Virus record (IMG/VR): IMGVR_UViG_3300020156_000003
Location: 1 to 46,824 of that record
Source of the DNA: a virus
Taxonomy: Duplodnaviria > Heunggongvirae > Uroviricota > Caudoviricetes
DNA length: 46,824 nucleotides
Strand: one strand, 5' to 3'
Shown here: positions 8,160-15,473 of the stretch, piece after piece
Numbering within the stretch: the first letter of the stretch is position 1
Layout of the letters: each line of letters opens with the position of its first letter
The notes under the pieces: generated by a model
Told to the model about the DNA's origin: nothing
The model's database searches: none
Seen by the model: the letters and a program-made list of their open reading frames with translations, nothing else
Translations under genes and position numbers: made by a program

Positions 8160-8291
8160 ATGCATGAATTCGCAAAGCAGCGCGAACAAGCAAAGCGCGA
8201 ACAAAGGGACTTTTTCATCAATGGTTTGTTGTGCGCTGGTCTGCTGTTTGCGTGCATGTACGCGTTCGCATACGCGTTGCAATCTGCTTAA
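8160..8291 (+). CDS. Small single-pass membrane protein, 43 aa
   Basis: SD AAGGGA; FFINGLLCAGLLFACMYAFAYAL hydrophobic helix. Confidence 0.55.
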   Translation: MHEFAKQREQAKREQRDFFINGLLCAGLLFACMYAFAYALQSA

Positions 8292-8452
8292 TTTTTGAGC
8301 AGACGCCCGAAGTCTTAGACGGATTGGACGGGCGGGATGGCCCTGCCTTCCTCAACTTCCGACCTCCGCAGACCCTTCCTTATAGAATCCGGCCGAGCCA
8401 GGATCCACATCCTTATACTTTCCCACTGCGAGGATCCGCCACCAGGCGCCCA

Positions 8453-8476
8453 TTGCCCAATTGCCCAATTGCCCAA
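8453..8476. repeat. (TTGCCCAA)x3 tandem repeat in the convergent intergenic zone
   Basis: Three perfect 8-mers. Confidence 0.8.
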
Positions 8477-8491
8477 AGCCCCGCGCCCCGA

Positions 8492-8863
8492 TTAGGATCC
8501 GCCATGAGATCCGCCAAATTTCCAGGATTCCAGAACAGGAACCGCGGCCTCCCTGGCTATCGAACACATATGCCGGGTGCCAACGCCGCCGGCGAACGCC
8601 GCGACCATGTCAGGCTTCGCTTCGCGAAGCATCCGACAGTTGCGCACGCGCCCCGCGTGGCCGCCATACCGATCCCACTCTGCCTCGAAGGTCTTGAACG
8701 AAATCCGGCGGGCTTGCGCCCATTGACGAGCGAACGTGTCCGCGCCCGAGGCGCCGCCTTCGACCAGGAGGGTGATGGTGCGCTTGGCGTGGATCGCGTC
8801 CAGGATCCGGAACACGAATGCCCGATCCTTATAGTCCCGGCCGCCCGTGACGAGAACAATCAC
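8492..8863 (-). CDS. SLOG-superfamily (DUF2493/YspA-like) protein
   Basis: VLVTGGRDY, VEGGASGAD, AGRVRNCRML, AFAGGVGT motifs. Confidence 0.8.
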   Translation of the reverse strand: MIVLVTGGRDYKDRAFVFRILDAIHAKRTITLLVEGGASGADTFARQWAQARRISFKTFEAEWDRYGGHAGRVRNCRMLREAKPDMVAAFAGGVGTRHMCSIAREAAVPVLESWKFGGSHGGS

Positions 8864-9099
8864 CAGGCGTCTCCATAGTCGTGCATGACGTGATCGCCTG
8901 GCGGCCCGTCAGGGAACACTTCCACCCACGCCCCATCTTCGACCATTTTCTCAATGCCCTCCGTGGTGTGCGGGAGGGCAAGTGGCTGGTCCATCGGATC
9001 GCCATTGCTGTGGTTCGTCTTCACGCAACGACCCGTCTCCGTGTCCAGCTCGACCAGCCAGTCGATCGACGCATACTTGGACTTGAAGTAGCGCTTCAC
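8860..9099 (-). CDS. Tandem paralogue 5 of the RYF/GxWxE family, 79 aa (GTG start)
   Basis: MKRYF...VEDGAWVEV...YGDAW; GTGA overlaps at both ends. Confidence 0.75.
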   Translation of the reverse strand: MKRYFKSKYASIDWLVELDTETGRCVKTNHSNGDPMDQPLALPHTTEGIEKMVEDGAWVEVFPDGPPGDHVMHDYGDAW

Positions 9100-9371
9100 C
9101 AGGCGTCTCCGTATTCCCAGGCCGCCGAAGCCGCGGTCACTTCCGGATAGATCGCCGTGCGCAGTTGCGGGAACAGAGCAAAAGCTTCTTCCTCCGTGAT
9201 CTCTACCCACTCCGAGTTGGAGGCGAGCAGGGCGCGAGCAGACTCGGCGTTGTTGCCGTGAAACGTCTTGATCACGTCATCTCGTTCGGCGCGCGTGACG
9301 GTGCTAGTGTGGTCGTGGCGCGTTACCCAGACATTGTGGCGCTTGTGCTTGATGTAGATCGGCTTCACCAT
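9096..9371 (-). CDS. Tandem paralogue 4, 91 aa
   Basis: MVKPIY...SEWVEI...YGDAW; SD GGAGG inside the upstream gene end. Confidence 0.75.
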   Translation of the reverse strand: MVKPIYIKHKRHNVWVTRHDHTSTVTRAERDDVIKTFHGNNAESARALLASNSEWVEITEEEAFALFPQLRTAIYPEVTAASAAWEYGDAW

Positions 9372-9613
9372 GCATCGACCTCCGATTGTGGCCTGTCCAG
9401 CAGCTCGGGCGTCAGCACGTATTGTTCCGTGACCTCGATCCAGTGACCTTTGGCGACATGATTGTGCGCATCTTGGAGGTTCCAGAACTTGCAGGCGACC
9501 AAGGTGCGTTCGGCGTCGTTTTTCACGAACCACACGCGGCCGTTCTCCTCGAACTTGAGCGCCAGGGCGTCCTTGAACTTGCCGCTCTTGTCGGTGAAGT
9601 AGCGCGCAGTCAT
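9365..9613 (-). CDS. Tandem paralogue 3, 82 aa
   Basis: MTARYF...HVAKGHWIEV...EVDAW. Confidence 0.75.
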   Translation of the reverse strand: MTARYFTDKSGKFKDALALKFEENGRVWFVKNDAERTLVACKFWNLQDAHNHVAKGHWIEVTEQYVLTPELLDRPQSEVDAW

Positions 9614-9903
9614 TACCAGTGATCCCCGTAGCAGGGCGCGGGAACGTCTGCGACGACGACGTAGCGCCTGCCATTCTCGTCAAACGCGATCTCGACCCAA
9701 TTGCCCTGTTGGACGTACCTCATGCACGCTTCGAGCGCGGGAACCCTTAGTTGATCCGTCGACTCGTAGACGGATCCGTCCTTGAGATGGGTCAGCAGCC
9801 GGCCATCATTCGTGACCTCCTTGTAGTCGGGACTGGTGGGGCGAGCGTCATCCGGCTGAAAGCGCAGCTCCGGATTGTTGTAGACGAAATAGCGGCTCAC
9901 CAT
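9613..9903 (-). CDS. Tandem paralogue 2, 96 aa
   Basis: MVSRYF...YVQQGNWVEI...YGDHW. Confidence 0.75.
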   Translation of the reverse strand: MVSRYFVYNNPELRFQPDDARPTSPDYKEVTNDGRLLTHLKDGSVYESTDQLRVPALEACMRYVQQGNWVEIAFDENGRRYVVVADVPAPCYGDHW

Positions 9904-10151
9904 ACCAGCTCCGCTGCGGTGGCTGGCGCATCGGGCATGAGCTTGCCCTCAAACAGCGTGTGCAGCTCGCCGGCCGGGATTTCGCGCCACCGACCTTTGG
10001 CGACATGCTCCATTGCGCACGCCATCGTGATGTGGTTGATAGACGGGTTTTCGCCATTACGCTTGTGAGCGACGGCACCGCGGTCGTCGATCGCCACGTA
10101 TAGCGTGCCGTCGCTGAATCCCTCCACATGGCTGAAAAAGCGTGGCCTCAT
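9897..10151 (-). CDS. Tandem paralogue 1, 84 aa
   Basis: MRPRFF...HVAKGRWREI...ELVW. Confidence 0.75.
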   Translation of the reverse strand: MRPRFFSHVEGFSDGTLYVAIDDRGAVAHKRNGENPSINHITMACAMEHVAKGRWREIPAGELHTLFEGKLMPDAPATAAELVW

Positions 10152-10432
10152 TGCTTCACCTGTTCGGCGGCCTTCAGCGCGGCTTCGAGCTGCGCCGGCG
10201 TCAGCCCCTTGAATTTCTGATACAGCGCGTTCTTCGGCTTGCGTGCCGCCACCTTGGCCTCGCGCTTGGCGACAAACAGCGGCTTGATGCCGTCGTCCTC
10301 ACCGGCGTAGTCCAGCAGGGTTTCGATGACCTCGCCCTGACTGAGCTTATATGCCTTGGCGATCGCGGCCAGTTGCTCCCGATGCGGGCCGTCGATGTCG
10401 ATGGAGTAGCGCGTGCGTTGTGTAGTTTCCAT
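10148..10432 (-). CDS. Ribbon-helix-helix-like DNA-binding protein, 94 aa
   Basis: RYSIDID strand followed by HREQLAAIAKAYKLSQGEVIETLLD helices; TATAAT upstream at 10480-10475. Confidence 0.6.
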   Translation of the reverse strand: METTQRTRYSIDIDGPHREQLAAIAKAYKLSQGEVIETLLDYAGEDDGIKPLFVAKREAKVAARKPKNALYQKFKGLTPAQLEAALKAAEQVKQ

Positions 10433-10504
10433 GATTTTGTGCCTTCGTGCGTTTGTTGAAATGCGTGCAAACTGATTATAGCGCTCGATCAAAATTGCAC
10501 GCGC

Positions 10505-10528
10505 AATAAAAAGGCGCCCGAAGGCGCC
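10505..10528 (-). terminator. Intrinsic terminator (minus strand)
   Basis: GGCGCC-TTCG-GGCGCC-TTTTTATT. Confidence 0.75.
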
Positions 10529-10554
10529 AAAGGAGACACACATGAAAACTGCCG

Positions 10555-10764
10555 CTATCGCACGTCAGCGGTGAAGCCCATCGGCGTTTCTTCGTCCTCG
10601 CCTGCTTCCTCCTGGCCGCCAAAGCCAGGCATGAACATCGGATGCGCCTGCGGTGGGGGTTGCAGAACGAGCAGGGCCAAAAGCGCGAGCGGGTTTTGCA
10701 GGACGACCATGCACACGATGACGGCGGCGATGATCAGGACGTTGACGGCGAGGGTGGGATTCAT
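10555..10764 (-). CDS. Small membrane protein, 69 aa
   Basis: Long N-terminal hydrophobic segment, acidic tail, SD AGGA. Confidence 0.6.
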   Translation of the reverse strand: MNPTLAVNVLIIAAVIVCMVVLQNPLALLALLVLQPPPQAHPMFMPGFGGQEEAGEDEETPMGFTADVR

Positions 10765-10776
10765 CTGGTCGCTTCC

Positions 10777-10798
10777 TAAGTCAGTAGTGAGGGATTCT
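10777..10798 (-). promoter_or_regulatory. Degenerate operator copy and TAGAAT -10
   Basis: TAAGTCA-gtag-TGAGGAT directly upstream of the SD of 10764. Confidence 0.4.
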
Positions 10799-10841
10799 AG
10801 GCTATCACGGCCTTATAGATTCGACCAAGAAGTTCCGGACG

Positions 10842-10870
10842 TTGCCATCGGGTAGGATCTCGCGTAACAT
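10842..10870 (+). promoter_or_regulatory. sigma70-like promoter
   Basis: TTGCCA-17-TAACAT. Confidence 0.5.
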
Positions 10871-11126
10871 GGCGAGGCCCTTTTACCAAGGGCATTACCT
10901 ACTGACGAGGAAAGAGAATGTTTGGATGGTCTGCACCCGATCTAGGCTAGGGCACGCGCAATTTGCGTGTGTCCCGAATCTAGCGTCCACGATGAGATAA
11001 GAAGACTTCACATCAGGAAGTCTTTGCTGGAACGTCTTTATCGAAAACTCTTAATTGAGTTAGGACGAGTTTTGATACTTAGGTGCGGATCGCTAAATTT
11101 TTTTTTACTTGAAGAAAGGTAAGTCG

Positions 11127-11303
11127 ATGATTTATAAGATTTTGTGTGGTTCCACCACTCTGGAAGCTTCGGATAAGTTTGAAACTAAGCTCCAAATTGA
11201 CCCCAAGGTCGTCGCCAATCACTTGAAGGCGCTATATGAGGGGGCGGGAATCGAAGTTATGGGTGTGGTGCAGATGTCAGAGTTTGAAATCGACATCCAT
11301 TAG
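11127..11303 (+). CDS. Small protein A, 58 aa (paralogue of 12339-12521)
   Basis: SD AAAGGT; about 28 of 60 identities with the paralogue by hand alignment; own terminator. Confidence 0.8.
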   Translation: MIYKILCGSTTLEASDKFETKLQIDPKVVANHLKALYEGAGIEVMGVVQMSEFEIDIH

Positions 11304-11310
11304 CGCAAGC

Positions 11311-11333
11311 AAGGGGCCAATCGGCCCCTTTTT
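11311..11333 (+). terminator. Intrinsic terminator
   Basis: AAGGGGCC-aatc-GGCCCCTT-ttt. Confidence 0.75.
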
Positions 11334-11341
11334 GTTGGCCG

Positions 11342-12079
11342 CTACTGAAGCAGTCCGAGCCGATACGCGAAGAAGGCGGTCGGATAGATGCCGGCGCGGT
11401 CGAATTGCGGCGGCAGGGTGCGCTGCATGTACTTGATCCGCGACGCCTTAATCCCCATGATGGTGGCAATCACGTCAGAAGTCTTGCCATCCAATACCCA
11501 CCGCAGATACTGGCGCTCCTGGGCGTTCAACTCGATGAAGAACTGCGGCAGGTTCTTCCGCAACAGACGCAACTCCATTGCCTCGACCACCGCCTGAATC
11601 AACGCGTGCGTCTTGTGTCTGACCTGCCAGCCGTCGTCAGGATTCCGCGACAGACCGACCATTGCCGTGGTGCCGCCCCGACCATCAATTACCTCCAGCC
11701 ATTTCAGGTGTACGCCGGCCGCGCGCGCCTCGCGCAGAAAGTCGCGGCGCGTCCAATAGTAGTCGCTGCCGCCAGCGACCGGCGCGCTGATGCGCTTGCC
11801 GTAGCAGACCTTGGAGCCGTGGTTTGTGGCTGACGGGTTCAGGAACTTTTCTTGCCAGTCGTCCCTGAAGTTACAGAAGAAGGAAAAGTGCGGCTCGGCC
11901 AAGGATGACGGGTACTCCAGCCCGTAGGCGACATAGCGATAGCCAAGCGCATTGGCAAGCGAAACGAATTTGCGAAAGACTTCGCTCTCATGTTCAACCG
12001 CCAGCTCCCGGCAGCAGTCGTCCTCCCACTGCTCCACGCTGGCTTCAAATGAATCTGTGCTGCACATACCACGCTCCAC
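11342..12079 (-). CDS. LuxR-family regulator (autoinducer-binding-type domain plus HTH), degenerate ligand pocket
   Basis: LGYRYVAYG...NFRDDWQEKF N-domain; ELNAQERQYLRWVLDGKTS...AYRLGLL C-terminal HTH. Confidence 0.8.
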   Translation of the reverse strand: MERGMCSTDSFEASVEQWEDDCCRELAVEHESEVFRKFVSLANALGYRYVAYGLEYPSSLAEPHFSFFCNFRDDWQEKFLNPSATNHGSKVCYGKRISAPVAGGSDYYWTRRDFLREARAAGVHLKWLEVIDGRGGTTAMVGLSRNPDDGWQVRHKTHALIQAVVEAMELRLLRKNLPQFFIELNAQERQYLRWVLDGKTSDVIATIMGIKASRIKYMQRTLPPQFDRAGIYPTAFFAYRLGLLQ

Positions 12080-12338
12080 GCGAACTGTCTACAGCACCTT
12101 TGTGCTTTGATCCGCGTGGCGTCTTGCTATAGAGTTCGCACCTGCTTTCATTTCTCCGATGCAACACATTCTGGCATACGTCGAATGGGAATGGCAGGGA
12201 GAAGGCGTTTAGCGCAAGGAAATACCGTTCTGGTGTGAGAAATCACCAACAAAGTTCTCTTTGATGCCGCTGTCATGGAGGTCAACTGCCTGGCAGGTCG
12301 ACCGCGGCTCCATTTTTCATCACTACAAAGGAAGGATC

Positions 12339-12521
12339 ATGATTTTCAAAGTGCTATGTGCGCAGCAAAACGGAGAGGTCAGGGCGGACAGGTTCGAGAC
12401 GCAGCATCTTCTCAGCAACCCGCGCCATATTGCCGACCGCATCCGGCAACTGTACGAAGGTTCGGATGTGGAAGTCATCGGCGTTGTGCGCGTGTCCGAA
12501 GTGGACATCGACATTCACTGA
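12339..12521 (+). CDS. Small protein A', 60 aa, divergent from the luxR-like gene
   Basis: SD AAGGAAGGA; shares MIxKxLC, DxFET, LYEG, EVxGVV and IDIH with protein A. Confidence 0.8.
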   Translation: MIFKVLCAQQNGEVRADRFETQHLLSNPRHIADRIRQLYEGSDVEVIGVVRVSEVDIDIH

Positions 12522-12528
12522 CCCTTCG

Positions 12529-12548
12529 GGGCCGGCGCTCGCCGGCCC
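12529..12548. terminator. GC hairpin between convergent genes
   Basis: GGGCCGGC-gctc-GCCGGCCC. Confidence 0.55.
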
Positions 12549-12551
12549 AAC

Positions 12552-14294
12552 TTACGCCGCCAGCGTCGCGCGCGCAAACCCCAACTGTTCCATGTCGAAG
12601 TCCCGGCCGCCTTCGTAGATGAAGCGGTCAAATCCCGGTGTACCCTTGATGATCGCCTGACGCTGCTTGGCGTGCGTGACCAAATGGTCATTGAATGCGT
12701 CGGCAAAGTCGATGATGAAGCACAGGTTTGGCATTCCATTCTTCTTTTCGCGCAGCCCGCGACCGATGCGCTGGCGCAGCGCGACCTCGGCCTTCCCGCC
12801 GCCGGCCAGAATCACGTAGCCGACCGCCGGCACGTCCACGCCCACGTCAAGAATGGTGGTGCCGATCAGGACGTCAATGTCGCCGCGCGCCAGGCGTCCC
12901 AACGCGCGCTTACGGCCCTCCTGGTCATCCTCACCCTGGATGAACTCCACCCGCAGACCGGCTTCGGCGATCGCCTTTTTCAGCTTGTCACCGTGCGCAG
13001 TCTGCTGCACCAGGATCATGCCGTTTAGGCCGTAGCGTGACATGCGCACGCATTCCTCGACGATCAGTCCGTTGCGGTAGTCGTTGTCCACGATCCCCAG
13101 GCGGTACGCGGCCTGCCAGCCAGTGCCGCGCATGAGCTTTTGCGGCTTGAACTTGAGTGGCACGAACTTGAAATGCGGCTGCGCCAGGATGCCGCGGTCG
13201 ATCAGGGTTTCCTCGCTGACCTTGATGGCGATCGGCCCCGCGCACGCCATCAGGCGCATGTTCGATTCCTCGTTCTCCTTCATGAACGGGGTGGCGGTGA
13301 GCGCCAGGCGGTAGTGCGCGTTCTTGCAGTGGCGCAGGATCTCGTAGTAGCTGTTGCCGGACGCTTCGTGCGCTTCCTCCAGGATCACCAGCCCAAACAT
13401 GGACAGCAACTGGATGGTGCGAGCGCGGTCGCGCATGTGCTCCGCGACTTTCACCGCGGCTTCCGCGCGCATCTTGCCCACTAGCGCCTTGCGTTGGGCG
13501 ACCTGGCGCGCGTCAAGCGCTTCGAGCTGGCGCTTGCGCTCGGCCGGTTTGACGCCGGCGGCCAAAAGCCGATTCTCCAGCGCCCTGTGTTCCTTCAGCT
13601 CGGCCTTGACGCGGGCGTCCGTCATTTTGTCCAGCTCGCCGTCGATCGTCTTTTCCTCCAGGCGCGAGATCAAGGTCTGCACCATGCCCACGCACATTTT
13701 CTTGACCGCTTGCCGCGTGTTCCCGTGCTCGTCAACGATGGTGTGACCGAATTGGCCGTCGCCCAGCACCGATACGGGCACCCCGAGGTCTTTCTCGAAC
13801 GCGTCTTTCATCTGGTACATCAGAATGCCGCGCGTGGTCAGAAACAGCGTGGGCATGTTGATCGAGGCGAAGGCCATGCGGGCGATGCGGCTCTTGCCGC
13901 CGCCGGTGGCAACCTGCGCGATGATCGCGCCGTGCTTGCGCAGCCGACGGATGACCTCCGGCTGGTAGTCGTAGCGACCCTCGTAGCCGAAGCTGTCGAT
14001 CACCGGCAGCTCCGGCCCCTGCGGCTCGGGCAGCGGCTTGCGCGCCAGGCGTACTTCGTAGCCCTTGTGCCGCAGCTTGGCGGCGACGAAATGCACGAAG
14101 CCGGCGGGGAAGGTGCCAAGCTTGAAATCCAGGAAGGAGCTGCGGCCATCCCAATTGCCGCGCTTGAAGGCAATAGTGTGCTCGGCGCCATCCACCGCAT
14201 ACGACAGGATGGACTGGACTTCAAGCTTCACGTCTCGCGTCGGCTCATGGAGCTTGGCGACGGTGGCGTTGGAGGCGATGGTGACGACGGTCAT
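12552..14294 (-). CDS. Superfamily 2 (DEAH-type) helicase
   Basis: ATGGGKS, LEEAHE, LTATP, TTILDVGVDVP and QRIGRGLR motifs; alternative TTG start at 14306. Confidence 0.9.
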   Translation of the reverse strand: MTVVTIASNATVAKLHEPTRDVKLEVQSILSYAVDGAEHTIAFKRGNWDGRSSFLDFKLGTFPAGFVHFVAAKLRHKGYEVRLARKPLPEPQGPELPVIDSFGYEGRYDYQPEVIRRLRKHGAIIAQVATGGGKSRIARMAFASINMPTLFLTTRGILMYQMKDAFEKDLGVPVSVLGDGQFGHTIVDEHGNTRQAVKKMCVGMVQTLISRLEEKTIDGELDKMTDARVKAELKEHRALENRLLAAGVKPAERKRQLEALDARQVAQRKALVGKMRAEAAVKVAEHMRDRARTIQLLSMFGLVILEEAHEASGNSYYEILRHCKNAHYRLALTATPFMKENEESNMRLMACAGPIAIKVSEETLIDRGILAQPHFKFVPLKFKPQKLMRGTGWQAAYRLGIVDNDYRNGLIVEECVRMSRYGLNGMILVQQTAHGDKLKKAIAEAGLRVEFIQGEDDQEGRKRALGRLARGDIDVLIGTTILDVGVDVPAVGYVILAGGGKAEVALRQRIGRGLREKKNGMPNLCFIIDFADAFNDHLVTHAKQRQAIIKGTPGFDRFIYEGGRDFDMEQLGFARATLAA

Positions 14295-14299
14295 AGGGC

Positions 14300-14354
14300 T
14301 TGCCAAGGTGTTTTCGTTGGAGTAAAGTATAAGTCACCAATGACTTAGACGCAA
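14300..14354. promoter_or_regulatory. Overlapping divergent promoters sharing one perfect operator
   Basis: Plus: TTGCCA(14300)-17-TAAAGT. Minus: TTGCGT(14354)-17-TATACT. TAAGTCA-ccaa-TGACTTA at 14330-14347. Confidence 0.8.
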
Positions 14355-14367
14355 CGATTCTATAAGT

Positions 14368-15018
14368 ATGCAAACGACACAACTGCTGGAATGCGATCCG
14401 CGCACTCTTCAGCCCAATCCCTGGAACACGAATGTCGTGAGTCCGGACAACGAGGCCAAGATCGATGAATCGATCAAGCGGCTCGGCATGTTCAAGCCGA
14501 TCGTGGTGCGCACACTGGACGATGGCGCGCTACAAATCCTGGGCGGCGCGCACCGCCGTGACTCTGCGATCCGGCTCGGCATGAAGAAGGTTCCGGTCAT
14601 CAATCTCGGCTCCATCGACGATAAGAAGGCCAAGGAGATCGGGCTGGTGGACAACGGCCGCTACGGCGCCGACGACACGCTGCAACTGGCCGAATTGCTC
14701 GACTCCCTCGGCGCACCCGAAGACCTCGCGAAGTTCATGCCGTACACCGATGCGGATTTCGCGTCGATCTTCTCAAGTGTGAATATAGCGCTCGACGATC
14801 TTGATCTGCCCGATGACGACGGCGCAGCCCCAAGCGCGCCCGCCCCCAAACCCGCGCAGACCCACGCGGTCATGCGCTTCAAAGTGCCGCTGGGCGACGA
14901 CCAGATGATTTCGGAAGCTGTCGCCAGGGTGATGAAGCAGCAAGGCTTCACCGAGGCCGACGAGCTGACCAACGCCGGCGACGCTCTCGTCCACATTTTC
15001 AAGAAGGCAGGGTACTGA
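14368..15018 (+). CDS. ParB/Srx-domain protein 1
   Basis: LQPNPWNTN...SIKRLGMFKPIVVR...ILGGAHRR. Confidence 0.85.
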   Translation: MQTTQLLECDPRTLQPNPWNTNVVSPDNEAKIDESIKRLGMFKPIVVRTLDDGALQILGGAHRRDSAIRLGMKKVPVINLGSIDDKKAKEIGLVDNGRYGADDTLQLAELLDSLGAPEDLAKFMPYTDADFASIFSSVNIALDDLDLPDDDGAAPSAPAPKPAQTHAVMRFKVPLGDDQMISEAVARVMKQQGFTEADELTNAGDALVHIFKKAGY

Positions 15019-15019
15019 C

Positions 15020-15190
15020 ATGGCACGTTGCGACGGCGGCTATCCCTTTTGCGAGGACTGCGTCCACTACGGTAATCCCACCGGCGAGTGCGACGAGTGC
15101 GAGGACGGCTCCATGTATGAGGAGGCTGACAGCGTCGAGGAGCTGTCGGTTCACGAACTCAAATTCATGATTTTGAAGGAGGCGGCATGA
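15020..15190 (+). CDS. Small Cys-rich protein, 56 aa
   Basis: CEDC...CDEC; coupled to both neighbours. Confidence 0.55.
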   Translation: MARCDGGYPFCEDCVHYGNPTGECDECEDGSMYEEADSVEELSVHELKFMILKEAA

Positions 15191-15294
15191 GTCCGGCTGT
15201 GTTTGTGACTTGGGTGCTGGCCGTCGCCTTCAGCTTCCTGATCTTTGGCACTCTTTTCGCGGGCGCCTACGTCTGCTGGAAGGACATCAAATGA
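15187..15294 (+). CDS. Small membrane peptide, 35 aa
   Basis: SD GGAGG, ATGA overlaps, one TM helix. Confidence 0.5.
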   Translation: MSPAVFVTWVLAVAFSFLIFGTLFAGAYVCWKDIK

Positions 15295-15473
15295 TCGACT
15301 GGTGGATTGTTCCGACCATCATCACGCTGCTTGGTATCGCCGGCATGGTTGGCAGCCTGTTCGGGCGTGACTGGTTCGAGGCGGGTCTGATCGGCATGGT
15401 CGGGGCCGTCATTCTCTTTTGCCTGGCGCCGATCACCTGGATCGTGTGTCTTTTGTTGAAAGTGTTCTCATGA
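15291..15473 (+). CDS. Small two-TM membrane protein, 60 aa
   Basis: SD AAGGA, ATGA overlaps, two hydrophobic segments. Confidence 0.6.
   Translation: MIDWWIVPTIITLLGIAGMVGSLFGRDWFEAGLIGMVGAVILFCLAPITWIVCLLLKVFS

Noticed and set aside
12279-12304. Imperfect palindrome GGTCAACTGCC-T-GGCAGGTCGACC as a lux box
   Set aside because: Spacing does not match the CT-N12-AG lux/las box; it may still be a binding site but cannot be called
15187-15473. Small membrane genes as a holin/lysis cassette
   Set aside because: No endolysin or spanin nearby, so the function cannot be supported
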